Source: Octopus sinensis
Taxonomy: Eukaryota
DNA length: 64,000 nucleotides
NCBI RefSeq assembly: GCF_006345805.1
Contig: NC_043014.1
Coordinates: 992,001-1,056,000 of the forward strand
Direction: 5' to 3'
Below the pieces are notes generated by a model that was not told the DNA's origin, searched no databases, and saw only the letters and a list, made by a program, of their open reading frames with translations. Numbering within the stretch: position 1 is the stretch's first letter; every line of letters begins with the position of its first letter. Shown in pieces: positions 26,634 to 40,066 of this stretch. A program made the translations under genes and the position numbers.

Positions 26634-27402
26634 AATCTACTTTTTAGTTGTTTTTCACTTTCCTTACGTTGAGGGTAGTGCTATTTCTATGTGGAGGTAT
26701 CGTCGGCGATTATACCGGAGGAGCTATTTCTAGCACTAGAGTTAACCTATTTAACGTTAACTCTCTTATATTTACGGATATATATATATATATATATGCA
26801 AATATGTGTATGGATGCATGTATGAACCCATGTAGTTCTGTTACTTTTGATCCGGTGGTTAATCTACGGGTTCTTCTCGTGGTGGATTCAACGTTTTGAC
26901 AATATCTGATGGCTTTCAGTTTGGAATGACGTCTAAAGCCGGATGCTCTTCCGAATGTCCTGGATGCTTTTTTTGTTTTGTGGCACCAGCACCAATGTGG
27001 TTGTCTTGTGAGTTGACCGAAAGGCTGGGTAGGCGACAGGGTGGTCACTTTAAGTGAAGTGTTGAGAGGTTAAAGTATGATGGTGGTGGGGACACCAGGA
27101 ACAGGTTTATTTTATGTGGAGGAGATTCCTGGCCACTTCACCTTTTATATGGGTGAGATTGGAATGGTGTCCAGAGGAGAGGTAAATATGGGCGTGGCGG
27201 GGTGTGCAGTCTCAAGGTCACATGTTCAGCAAGCGAATAAAAGAGAGCATGGGTGCGGAGGAGGATGCTGGGAAGTTTGCTCGATCGTGATGGGAGGATG
27301 AGAGTTGGATATAAATATGAGGTGGCAGGGGTCAGATGTTTGAATAGGATGAATGTAGGATGGACGTGGTGGACGAGGACGTGAGGATGTGAACAGGAAT
27401 GA

Positions 27403-27748
27403 TGTGGCACCTTGGGCAAGTGTCTTCTGCTATAGCCCGGGCCGACCAAAGCCTTGTGAGTGGATTTGGTAGACGGAAACTGAAAGAAGCCCGTCGTATA
27501 TATGTATATATATATGTATGTGTGTGTGTGTGTGTTTGTGTGTCTGTGTTTGTCCCCCTAGCATTGCTTGACAACCGATGCTGGTGTGTTTACGTCCCCG
27601 TCACTTAGCGGTTCGGCAAAAGAGACCGATAGAATAAGTACTGAGCTTGTAAAGAATAAGTCCCGGGGTCGATTTGCTCAACTAAAAGGTGGTGCTCCAG
27701 CATGGCCGCTGTCAAATGACTGAAACAAGTAAAAGAGTAAAGAGTAAA
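27403..27748 (+). mobile_element. tRNA-derived SINE, family B
   Basis: Same body and tail as 5010-5442, in the opposite orientation. Confidence 0.82.
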
Positions 27749-27780
27749 TGAATAAGAATGAGGGATAGATGTTGAGAGAA

Positions 27781-27813
<33 letters not shown>

Positions 27814-28099
27814 TGAGTGAGTGAAGGTCTTCTGTATTGCAATCATGCTGGACCTCCGCCCCTCCCCCCTCCCATGCTTTCTGCTCACTGTTAACACAAT
27901 GTCTGACTCCTATTTTAATCGAGTCAACAGATATTTATTTGAAAATGCACTTAAAATATAAATATTGTACTTGCTTTAAATAGGTTTTATTTCCAAGAAA
28001 AATCACCCCCCCCTCTACGTCTTTGATATTTGTTCCCCTACTTTAGCTCTTTCATTATTCCATAAAAAACTCAGTTTTATTTATTGTTTTTATTTGCAG

Positions 28100-30133
28100 G
28101 AATCACCGAAACAGAGTTACCTGAAGAGGTTCCAGCTTCACTTTATGGTCGCCATCACGTTTCTGTTTATCATCGGAAACCTGAGCGCAGTGTGGCACTT
28201 TCACGAAGAAGAAAGATTGGCCATCAAAATGGGTCGGCGCATATCGTTCGATACGTCCAGTCGTGTTCTTACATTCAAAGATGCTCCCTGGAGTTCGCTG
28301 CAGTTCAAAGGTTATTTGGCAAACAACATTCCAAAAGGATGGCTGCCGCTCGTTTGTTCGGCCGACAAGAAGAACGTATCAAAAATGTGCATGCGTTGGA
28401 AAGGAATTGCCAGAGTGAATTTGGACTACCATCAAGTGGGGTCTCTGTCCTGTTTCAACGTGAAATGGGATGCTGACAACCAGAACGAAGTTCTTAGAGA
28501 TTGTTACATCAGTAACCTTGATTGGTTTGGGTCTTCAAACACAGGAGATTTCCAATGGCCCCTTCAAAATGTCAGCTATTCCCATTCTCCCAATTATACT
28601 TTCAATGACGTTAACACATTCGGTCATCTGTCGGAACATTTTTGGCTGTCGTCAAATGGTATTGCTATCCTCTTGAACGAATCCACACCTTTTCACGTAT
28701 CTTGGAAGAAAACCAAACTGATGGAGATGTGTATTAACTCCAAATCGAATTCGATATCTGCAACTGAAAACCAGATGCTTGGTTCTTCAAACAAGATAAC
28801 TGAGAAACCAAACCCGATTCTTCGCTACCGAATATGTTACGGTAGAAATATTATGGACACTTATTCTACTGTCAGGAAGTATTTCTCGAGAAATTCTACC
28901 AAAAAGTGGCCCAATGTGAAAATGTTTGAACATCCACATTGGATCGCAAAGGATGCTGGGAACGAATTAGCATCGATGTCGACTGTCGTTGATCTGGCGA
29001 GAGAATTGACCAAAAGGAATTTATCCTGTTCTACAATGGAAGTGTTTGGGAAATGGGAGTCGGAATATGGTAATTTAGAATTTAATGAGATTCACTTTGG
29101 AAATATTTCTAATTTGATGAAATTCATGGATCAGTCATGTGACCTAATGCTGCCAATTAGACCATATATTCACCATAATTCGCAAAGATTTAGCGAAGGA
29201 ATTGAGAAGAACTATTTTATTATGGACGCAGGTGGTCGTGTTCCGGGACTGGTGCATTGGAGCCACGGGGTAGGGGCCATGCTAGATGCTTCATACACCC
29301 CAGCTGTCGACTGGTTTATGCAAAAACTAAAACAACTCCAACTCGATAGTCGAATCAGTTCCTTTCATTTTACATACGATGGCAACATGTCCCTTCCTTT
29401 CCAACCTCACTTCAAGAAAGGATTTCATTCCGGAGATTTGAATCAACGTTTCTCAGAGATTATGGGAGCGTTCAGTGACAAAGTGGTCGTTGATCACGTG
29501 TCTCACTCTCAAAATTCTTCAGTGTTTGTCGCAGTTCAGAGCGTCATCGTCTCAAATGATACTTCGGTGTGTTTTACAAATCTGATTGAGAAATCCTTTG
29601 TGTTGGGTATTTTAGGATACCCTTACATAATGTCGGACGGGATATCGTTTGGCGACGGAACGTTTGCAAACAAAATTCCGAACGAAATAGTCTATCAACG
29701 ATGGCTTCAGGCTTCTATATTCCTCCCCGCCATTCGGTTTTCTGTGACCCCTTGGTCTTATTCTGAATCTGTTGTAGAAAACATTAAAAAATTGCTTGCT
29801 TTTAGACAAAAGATTGTGATCCCGCATTTAATGGGATTAAAAAATGATACCCTTGCTGGGGTACCTTTTATTCGACCCATTTGGTGGTCTTACCCAAACG
29901 ATTCCGATTCACTCGCAATAAAGGATCAATTTTTAGTGGGTGACTCTATATTGGTGGCGCCGTTGTTCTGCGACCAACCGTCACACAGGAACATATATAT
30001 CCCAGCAGGCATCTGGGAAGACGTTAATAAGAAGAAAGTGGTTGACGGTCCTATGTGGTTAGTGAATTATACCATCAGTATCACAGAAGTTCCCTATTTC
30101 AATAGAATGCCACAACACAAAAAAGTCGGTTGA
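28100..30133 (+). CDS. MYORG: GH31 MYORG/KIAA1161-like glycosidase-fold protein, large coding exon 2 (TM helix plus luminal GH31 domain, 677 aa plus stop)
   Basis: Acceptor tatttgcAG|GAA at 28098-28099. Hydrophobic segment FMVAITFLFIIGNLSAVW. MYORG-like blocks recognised from memory: FWLSSNGIAILLNESTPFHVSW, GLVHWSHGVGAMLD, LGYPYIMSD, RWLQASIFLPAIRFSVTPW, PFIRPIWW, DQFLVGDSILVAP, IYIPAGIW. AATAAA at 30226-30231. May be a paralog rather than the ortholog. Confidence 0.92.
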   Translation, partial: ESPKQSYLKRFQLHFMVAITFLFIIGNLSAVWHFHEEERLAIKMGRRISFDTSSRVLTFKDAPWSSLQFKGYLANNIPKGWLPLVCSADKKNVSKMCMRWKGIARVNLDYHQVGSLSCFNVKWDADNQNEVLRDCYISNLDWFGSSNTGDFQWPLQNVSYSHSPNYTFNDVNTFGHLSEHFWLSSNGIAILLNESTPFHVSWKKTKLMEMCINSKSNSISATENQMLGSSNKITEKPNPILRYRICYGRNIMDTYSTVRKYFSRNSTKKWPNVKMFEHPHWIAKDAGNELASMSTVVDLARELTKRNLSCSTMEVFGKWESEYGNLEFNEIHFGNISNLMKFMDQSCDLMLPIRPYIHHNSQRFSEGIEKNYFIMDAGGRVPGLVHWSHGVGAMLDASYTPAVDWFMQKLKQLQLDSRISSFHFTYDGNMSLPFQPHFKKGFHSGDLNQRFSEIMGAFSDKVVVDHVSHSQNSSVFVAVQSVIVSNDTSVCFTNLIEKSFVLGILGYPYIMSDGISFGDGTFANKIPNEIVYQRWLQASIFLPAIRFSVTPWSYSESVVENIKKLLAFRQKIVIPHLMGLKNDTLAGVPFIRPIWWSYPNDSDSLAIKDQFLVGDSILVAPLFCDQPSHRNIYIPAGIWEDVNKKKVVDGPMWLVNYTISITEVPYFNRMPQHKKVG

Positions 30134-31122
30134 TAAACTTTGCTATTTTATCTTCAAGGGAAATAATGTCCACAAAACATAAAGTAAGATTTCGGCCATC
30201 TTGTTTCACCGATTCGGACATACAAAATAAAAGACTTAACAGAACTCTACCAAATCTCGACAGATAATGATAGTTTAAGGACCGCTTGTTAATTAAATGG
30301 GGTTTCTTGCTATAGGAACTATCGTTGTCTTGGATGGAGGAGGCAGGGGAAAGACCTGCCCCAGGTAAGATACGAATCAGTATGTCTGTCTGTCCGTCAG
30401 TCAGTCTGTCAGTCTGTCTGTCCGTCAGTCAGTCTGTCAGTCTATCTGTCTGTCTGTGTGTCTGTCTGTCGGTTATCTCGTTGTAGTGATGTTTTATCCG
30501 AAGTTTAAAGGAGAAAAATGGAAAGAAAAGGCTGTGCGCGCGTGTGTGTGTGAGAGAGAGAGAGAGAGAAAGAGAGAGTGAGAGAGAAAGACATAAAAGA
30601 GTCAAGGAGTAAGAGAGAGAGAGAGAGAGAGAGAGACATAAAAGAGTCAAGGAGTAAGAGAGAGTGAGTAAGTGTGAGTGACTGAGAAGGAGAGAGATGT
30701 ATTATGAAATATAATTATTCTACATTATTGTTCCACAGTAAACCGCCATCTTGTGTCTCGGTTCAGTTGATGCTTTGAGTTCGCGAGTAGAACTCTCCTG
30801 CAATCACACTGGTGTATATAGTGTAATACAGTGGTATATACATACATACATAAATATATAATATATAAATACATACATACATGCATGTATGTATGTATGT
30901 ATTTATATATTTATGTATGTATTTATGTATATAAAGAATAAAAGAATATATATTATATACTAATATGCCATTGTGTATACAACAACGAAAAATGGTTTGG
31001 AATTTAGATATAGCTGAGTGAATAACGAATTTGTGTGGCTGTCTACACATGAATGTATGTATGTATGCATGCATGAATGCATGTGTATACAAATATTTTG
31101 TGTGTCTGACTGTATTTGTGTG

Positions 31123-31171
<49 letters not shown>

Positions 31172-31231
31172 TGAAAAAATTCAAAAAGGAAACGTGATTC
31201 ATAGGAAAGGTTTTTGTTTGAATCTGTTGAT

Positions 31232-31277
<46 letters not shown>

Positions 31278-31312
31278 TAATAATAATAATAATAATAATG
31301 ATGATGATGATG

Positions 31313-31348
<36 letters not shown>

Positions 31349-31579
31349 TAATAATAATAATAACAATAGGTTTGAATTTTGGCACAAAGTCAGCAGATTG
31401 AGGAAAGGTGGGGTTAGTCGATTACATCGACACCAGTACATGACTGGTACTATATTTTTATCGACCCTGAGAGGATGAAAGGGAAAGTGGACCTTTGTGG
31501 GATTGAAACCCAAAACAAAGATCCAGAAATACTGCACAGTATTTTGTTCGACGCTCTAACGACTCCACCAGCCCTCTCA

Positions 31580-31611
<32 letters not shown>

Positions 31612-31986
31612 GATGATGATGATGATGATGCCCTGATGCTGTACCAGACAGTGGCTCTCATGGCTTCTGATCTTAACTGATTGGAAGTGTTATCGTGTAC
31701 ATTGTTTTGTCGTGGTATAAAATACCACAGATTTGCTTGTCAGTTGTTTGACCATAACCAGTTGAGTATGTTCCTTAGTGGCTGACAATGTGGGCATCTC
31801 TGATCACGAGCAGAAGTAGTGGGGGAGCATCATAGCCATGTGTCCATGTGTTGAGGGGAATTATTTGGCGTTTGCATAAATCACCTTTGGAAACATAGGC
31901 TCTGTATATTTTACCCCAGTGTCACTTTGATGGCATGCACTGCTCTCTCACTCAATAATAATAACAATAATAATAATAATGATAAT

Positions 31987-32020
<34 letters not shown>

Positions 32021-32764
32021 TTTTCTATTATTGGCACAAGGCCTGGAATTTGTGTGGAGGGGGATAGTCGATTACATCGACCCCCAGTACTCAACTGGTA
32101 CTTAATTTATCGACCCCCGAAAGAATGAAAAGTAAAGTCGACCTCGGCGGAATTTGAACAATAATAATAATAATGGTGATGAGAACAATACTTGGGTGTT
32201 GAATGTCTTCCACGATAATTAAAACCTAAATAACGAAGCTTTTAATGAGCGCAAAGAGACATTCTGAGTCCTCTGACAAGAGGCTGTTGTTGTCGTTCGC
32301 TCTCATAGAATCAAACAAGACTGAGCACCCTGGGAAGTATAACAACAACAACAATAATAATAATGATAATAATAAGTTATAAAAAAATAACAATAATAAT
32401 GTTAATAACAACAACGACAACAACAATAATAACAATAACACCACCAACAACAACGATAATAATTCTGTGCGTGGTTCCCTGTGAAAATTAAAGATTTGTT
32501 TTTAGGGGTTCGTACACAAAGTCGAATTCTCCTCACATCGTGTATATTATATATGGTGGCGCCATTTTCAAAGGGAAAAACCGACGGAAGATCAAGTTCG
32601 TTTACTTCACTGCTCGGGGAGGCATCACCCTATAGGACACGACGTTTCTGTTTTATTTGCTGTTGTTATCTGAGTTGTATAGCAATGAATTTTCTGCCTC
32701 CAAAATATACAACAAACTGATTGATTTAAGCTTAAAAAAAGTATGAGGTAAAATCCCAATATAT

Positions 32765-32884
<120 letters not shown>

Positions 32885-33122
32885 CATATATAAATATAGT
32901 GCCTAAACTGGTTTCTGACAGAAACTCAAGTTTCATGTTAAAAAAAGGAAGAGATTTGATTAGATTTGTGTTAAATGTCATATTTGAACATGAAACTCGA
33001 GTTGCTGTCAGGGAAGCTATTTCAGTTATCGTACATAAAATATATTCATGACTCAAAACTTTTGAATGCTTTCTATTGCTGAAGTTATCAACAAATTAGC
33101 AGTGCGTACATATGTGCACGCG

Positions 33123-33164
<42 letters not shown>

Positions 33165-35480
33165 GGAGGGAGAGAGAGAGAATCTTGTTTTGAATGGAAG
33201 CTTAAGTTTTCCCTTCACCCGTTTATTCAATAATGTCCAAGTCAAATCAATACACTTTACACTATTTTGGGTCCTACCATAAAAATAATTCGTCCTCAGC
33301 AAAGAGGTCGACAGTTACCACACCCAAAGTCTTCCTCACTTTGCTACTCTCTCTCTCTCTCTCTCCTTTAACACTTTTTGTCATACACTTGTGCACACAC
33401 ACCTACCACACCCTCCACATTCCTCTTGCCACTCCTTCAGCAATAATATTCTTCCACCACACTGGCGCCGCCGGCTCTCATCTCCTTTCATAGTGCTTTC
33501 TTACCACTCACCTAACGCTGGGACTCACACACACCAACAGCCTCACACTCCCGCTAACCTTCGCTACTATACTCCCACACTCGCATACATCTACACACAT
33601 GCATACCTCATTAAAATACCCACATACACATATCAGTGCCCCTTTTATACTCGCTCTCAAATACAAGTATTCTCCTATACTTATAAACACCTACCCATTC
33701 TCCCCTCATCGCCCCCCCCCATAAAACAGCATCCTCACTCATTTTCTAACTCTTCACCCATTTTCTTTTCTCAACTGACTAAATTGTTTTCTCGCTGTCT
33801 CTGTGCTTGTGTCTTTCTTCTGATGAAGGAATAACCTTGGAAACGTTAATACTGTTCTTCCATTAAAGTGTTAAACTCGAACCTTATATGTTAAAACCTC
33901 TTCATGTGTTGTTCTTTTTGTTGTTCACTGGATTTACAAGATATGTATGAGCGTATATATATATATGCGTATGTATGTATAAAAATTGATAGAATGAGAT
34001 AAAAATACCAAGGCAGTAAATAGATTTCATAACATTTATCAAGAAAAAGGTCTTGCAGCTGTTTCCTGGATATTTTATAATTCCCTTCATCAGAAATTGT
34101 GTGAGAAAATGTTTGAGTATTAATTTTCAATTATACTATGAAAGTGCTGTGGTCTCCTTCAGGTGATGCTGCAAAGTGCTGTTGTACTGGTAGAGACTAA
34201 TTTTAAAAGGATTCAGTGTAACCCCTACATTGCTTATTGATGCCTTGTTGACAGGGACATCCACACACACACTACAATTTTTAGCTCCCTTTTTAGTCTA
34301 GGATGCTCCATTGTTTAGCTATGGCTTGTTGGGTCCCTGAAATATTTTTTGCTTGTGGTCCTTAATTACACCAGACATGTTTTCATGTAGATATAGTTCA
34401 TATTTATGTTTTTTGAACATCTTTTCGAAATTCATGGCTGTTTGTGGAGTTATGTTGAGATAAAGCTACCCTTAATAGGGACACTGAGCATTTCAGTGAG
34501 GTTCGATCCTGAACCCCAAACCAAGAAGCATTTAACAAACCAATATCATCAAGTAACCGCCGTAAAAACACAATAAAGGAAAATGGTGTATCACATTGGG
34601 TTTGATAATGTAAAATTCTTGTCAACAAGCATAAAGTGAAAGGACTCGGCATGCAATTGCTGATACATAAAGCTTTGATTTCTAAAGAGAAAATGTCTTG
34701 AGACAGGTATTGTGCACACTATTATCACTCTTAGTAACTCATCAATCAAAAGCCTTATAGGGCTTGATTAATCAAGAAACTGCATAGGGTTTACAGAGAA
34801 GTCGTTTTACACGAGTTTGTTAACGCAACTTCCAAAACATCACAACACTTTCACATCATGTGAATCAAAGGAGAAACTATGGCCAGAGAAAGAGAAGGGG
34901 AAGGCGCTGGCGAACGGACGAAACTGCTGCATCTTCTGTCTTACAGAGCAACTCCACATCAATTGCTATCTCACCTCAATTACAAATAAAATATATGATC
35001 TAATATCTACTTGCCGATACATACCTAAAATATTCCTCAAGAATTTCAAAGCAGACCCCTTTGACACGTGATAGAGGACAGCTGGTGATCCCGTCACATA
35101 CATTCATCCCATTCCTTTCCAATCCTGCCATGCACAATTAACTGAACGGTCGATAGAAGGAAACCATCAACTGAATATGCAGTCTCTGTTTCTCGCATAA
35201 ATTTACATATATTACGAGTTCCTACACATTGGCGGCTTTTGTGGCTATTTGTGGACAATTGGTAAAATCTGTACACACACGCATATATATTACATATGTA
35301 TATATATATGTATTTTTGTATGGTATATATGTGTATGCGTACGTGTGTGTGTGTGTGTGTGTTTGTATGTGCTTGGGTATCCATCCTTTCTTGCCGCCAC
35401 TAATTCACAATGAAAATTGATTTCATAGCAGCAGCAGCAGTCGCCATCCACCCGACTCCCACCTACTGCTCATCACTACC

Positions 35481-35541
<61 letters not shown>

Positions 35542-37317
35542 GTCGTAGTCGTCGTCGTCACCCTCATTCACCACGAACTAAATGCCATTGGGTACAGCAT
35601 GAACGCCACAACACAACGCCTCCTTTCTCCTTAAGACACTTCATAAGCAAACGACGGAAACAATGAAATCTCATTCCAGACCCTTTCCTTCTTTGACATT
35701 TCTTCTTCGTGTTATTGTTGTTGTCGTCGTTCAAATCTCGTCCTCCCCACCCCACCCTATCCCACCCCCACCCCTACGCCACCCCTCTGTCTGAAGCAAT
35801 AAAAAACGTTGGAACAAATATTTCTAAAAGCTTGTCTTGTGTTCTTTATTTGTGTTAAATGACAAAGATATTACGTAGGGACACCATCTGCATAGAAAAT
35901 AAACAGTTAAGTGGGTGCTAATTTACTTCGTGATATAAAAGCCGAACCCAATGAATTTCCAGCTCACCCATAACCAAAGGAAATTTCAAAACGTTTATCA
36001 ATTAGATATTTTCGTATCCCATGATGCCTTGTAACACATGACACGCTATTGATCCTTGATCGTCTTCGATTTTTAATATTGAATTCAGGTGCAAGCACAG
36101 TGGTGTGGTTAGGAAGCTTGCTTTGTGACCATGGGGTTTCGGGTTCAGTCCCACAGTGCAGCACTTCGGGCCATCGTCTTGTACTACAAACCCGAAGCAA
36201 CCAAAGCCTTGAGAGTGAATTTGTAGATGAAAACTGTAAGGCAGCCCTGATGCTGGTTTGTATATGTCCCCGTAACGTAGCTGATCGGCATACAGAGACT
36301 GATAGAATAACTATTAGACAGGTCGATCTTGTCGACTAAAACCTTCAAAAATATCAAAAAATGAAAAACTCAATAAAAAATTTAACAATATCAAGGACAG
36401 CGTATGTGTTACAAGGTGGTACACTAGGGTACGAGAAATGTACCCTGGGGTACGTACAAATTTGAATACCTTTTGATTTTGGAATTTGAGCCTCAAGCAC
36501 AAAAAAAATGTGAAAAAACAACGATTTTATGATAAACTTTGGTACAGAAAGGTAAGGGAGATAACCCTGGAATTTAAATTATTGAAACAGAGAATGTGGA
36601 CGGAGAACGTCTGTCAAAGAAACGATCACCAACTAAGTGGTAAAGTTTAATTCTTTGTGATGTGTGTGCGTGCGGGCAGCATTCAATATCATGCCACTTA
36701 GCGGACACAATTATGCCTCGCAACAAAATATTAATATAGGTAACCCCCCCCCCCCCCAAATAACACGAAATCCAAACATAACTAAATGCAGGCTACGAAG
36801 AAGAACACTGAAATCTATTTGAGGTTTTTGATGAAGAAAATAGTTATTCTTTTCTTAAGAAAAAAAAATGGTTGCTACCGTTCCTACGGACGACAAAACG
36901 CCGAGAGAGAGTTTGGCAAAGATTGTTCTTGAATTGGTATGATTTTAGCAGCAGTCAAAATGTTGGCTGGTCCTTGTGTGGCTGTTTGTTCATCAACTGC
37001 TGGTCTTCTGATGCCTTTTAATGTCTCTCGTTCGTCGACTGTTCATTGCTTTTGTGTTGTTAGCTTGTGCTGGCTGCTGACCGCCGTCTGTCTGCTGTCT
37101 CCCAGTTGTAGCTAAGGTGCGCTGAATATATATTGATGGTTAGGATCGGACAAAAACGCGCCAAAAGGGGAAATTGTTGTTGGAGCCGGTTCCACTCAAA
37201 GTTAAATGATCGGATTTCTTTTTTATGATGTTGGTAATATTCTAGAGAATCGTGACATCGGGTATAATGATCTGATCTTCGAGTTCTAAGGCTGAGCAAT
37301 TCGAGCAGAACCGACAG

Positions 37318-37705
37318 CGTTTAGCAAAGAGTTAGCCATAGAAAGAAATAGATTAGAGGGAGAACTAAACGGGAAAGTAAAAGCGATTAGTAAAAAGCAT
37401 CGCTACTGATGTGCTAACAGCTAGAATGGTCCTTGGCCATTTCTTTGAGGTGAAACACGGAGTCTGCATTATCAGAGCGGAGGCCCGTGCGCGAGGCTTG
37501 AACGGTGGGGACGCGTCGCGGCAACTAAACCACGATCGGGCCTTCGACAGATCAGGACGGGCGCGTGGTTGCTTGGGAGGGCGATGGGTCAATGATGGTG
37601 GTTCATACCTGGACAGCCTGCTGCGGCTCTCGGCAGCGGATGAGAGGTTCTGCAAAAAACCGGTAATAGCCACTGAAATCCGGGAGGCGATGAGTGGTTG
37701 CACAA
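37318..37705 (+). mobile_element. Tx1/L1-like LINE ORF2 relic (endonuclease-RT linker)
   Basis: FSKELAIERNRLEGEL, HFFEVKHGVCIIRAEARARG and YLDSLLRLSAADERFCKKPVIATEIREAMSGC resemble the region preceding the RT domain of Tx1-type LINEs (from memory). Confidence 0.55.
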
Positions 37706-38253
37706 TTGCCTGGATTGGATGGTCTACTCTATGCCAGATTTGTTTGCTTGGATGGTCTGTTCATGCCAGATTTGTTTGCCGTCCTTTTGGCAGGCATTTG
37801 TCTTAACTGACAGCAGAACAGGAGAATTCCTTTTGCTGTTAACCGGAGTTCGGTGACGTTGATGAGAAAGGATGCCAACAATGGGGATGTTTTAGGTAAT
37901 TTTAAGCCCATAACTTTACTAAACACAACAGAGTTTAAGATTTTAGCTAAGGTTGGCGCTTATTGTCGGTAGTCGAGTCGGAGAAGCGCAAATGTGCACA
38001 ATCCCGAACAGGTCCATCCAACCTCCACCTTATACACAGAGGGCTGGGACTAAAACTGGCTTCGGTGAGGCTCTGAAGAATTTTGGACCAGTCCAAAGCG
38101 TATGATAGAGTCTACCATCGCTACTTGGAAAGCATCCTGAAAGCGGCGTGTTTCGGGCTTGTTTTTCAGAGGCTGGATCGCTGCAATAAACATCGGCATC
38201 TGAGAGAAAATACATTATTATTATATTATTATTATTATTATTATTATTATTAA

Positions 38254-38468
38254 GGCAGTAAGCTGGCAGAATCGTTAGCACACCGGGCGAAATGCTTAGC
38301 GGTATTTCGTCTGCCGTTACGTTCTGAGTTGAAATTCTGCCGTGGTTGACTTTGCCTTTCACTCCTTTCGGGATCGATAAATTAAGTACCAGTGAGACAC
38401 TGGGGTCGATGTAATCGTCTAGTCTCCATCGTCCAAATTTCAGGCCTTGTGCCTATAGTAGAAAGGAT
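38254..38468 (+). mobile_element. tRNA-derived SINE, family A
   Basis: Reverse complement of the same core; follows a (TTA)n tract. Confidence 0.82.
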
Positions 38469-38575
38469 TATCATTAAAAGAAATCATTATTATTATTTAT
38501 TTATTTATGTACTTTTGCCTATGTCACAAACCATTACCGCCACCACCACCGCCAACACTGCTACTACTACTACTA

Positions 38576-38633
<58 letters not shown>

Positions 38634-38899
38634 ACCAGCTGGATGTCTATCAGCTTCTGTCAGACTCACATACAACTCTGGTGACCATGACAACGTTGAT
38701 CTCATTAATTTTCTTCCATCACCATTTCCCAGAACTAATGGCTGCTAACAACTCCTTCCTCCACGACGACGACCGAAAGAGTTTCTCTTCTTTCTTTTTT
38801 CTCTTCTTTTTCCTTTTTTTCTCCAGTTAAGATCCATCATCAATTCTGCTTTGGCAGAAAACAACTGTTCTTGCTTTTGTTTCTGTCACTCATGTATAA

Positions 38900-39135
38900 T
38901 GATGATGATGATGATGATGACAACAACAATGACGATGATGATGATGATGATGATGATAGTGGTGGTGGTGGTGGTGACGTTGACGGTGGTGGTGGTGATG
39001 TTGACGGTGGTGGTGGTGGTGGTGGTGGTGTTGGTGATGTTGACGGTGGTGGTGGTGGTGGTGGTGGTGATGTTGACGGTGGTGGTGGTGGTGGTGGTGG
39101 TGATGTTGACGGTGGTGGTGGTGGTGGTGTTGGTG
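38900..39135. repeat. (GAT)n/(GGT)n compound repeat
   Basis: gatgttgacggtggtggtggt units. Confidence 0.9.
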
Positions 39136-40066
39136 GTCAACCAGGGCAGAACATATGGAAACGTGAGCAAACTGTTGAAGACCAGAGACGAAGGGGCAAG
39201 TGGAGGTGGTGACCCGCATTCCTGGCCACAAGCATGTTTCGCAGTATATTGGCAGGCGGGACGGACCCTTAGAATGTTGTTACATGGTGAATGTAAGGGT
39301 TGACCTACAATGTGCTCAGATGGGATGTATATGAACACCCTCATCTTAATGACACCCGAATATCTCAAGACCAGAAACTATGACTAGGGTCACCCTTGAT
39401 GGAGAGGGAAGACAGAAATTGGGGATTTGTTTATAAACCAATAAGGAACGAATCAAGGGGGCAAGAGTGGACTCGAAAAACTGAAAATTCCTTGCAAAGA
39501 ATCCTCCCACATCGAATCTTTAAATTTTACGGTGATCCGGAATAATAATCATAGATTAGTTGGATTAACGCTAATCCTGACAGCGAAAGATTCAAATATT
39601 TTGGTGATTGCGAGGGAGGTCAAGGGCGGAGGGATTTAGCACCTGGAGCCCCTTTAGGTGTGATAGTTGATAAATACCACATCTGTGGACTATCAACATT
39701 TGAAAGATCACGGCCCTAGGAATCTGGGGTCCGTCATGGTTCGGCAGAACCTAAAAATGCTTGAGAGTGGTTTTAGAAAACTCAGATTGCAGAAAGTGAT
39801 TGGGTTAAGATCTCCGAATCTAACGTCTGGGGCCACGACGGCCAGGGCTGAATTATCCAAACGATCGATGAATTCGTGATGTGTTTATTTGGTCCACTCC
39901 ATTATTTAACGGAGGAATAAAGTCTCGTTGTTATTTTCCAAAGTCTGTTTCTTGTATTATTTCCCCGAGTGAACACACCGTGCAAGATTCCGTAGTGAAA
40001 CCAAGGCAGACTTTATACCAACCCCGTTGAATATATTTCTATAGAAGAAACGATTATTCTTATTAA

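Larger units (their letters stand above)
26300..26797. repeat. Large foldback inverted repeat (about 243-bp arms, 12-nt loop)
   Basis: 26300-26542 versus 26555-26797 with one mismatch seen; bounded by (AT)n tracts. Confidence 0.95.

Noticed and set aside
28094-28099. TTG start of the 679-aa ORF
   Set aside because: TTGCAG is the 3' splice site; the exon starts at 28100.
37411-37806. 131-aa and antisense 112-aa ORFs as a host gene
   Set aside because: They are better explained as a LINE ORF2 relic; no splice structure was found.
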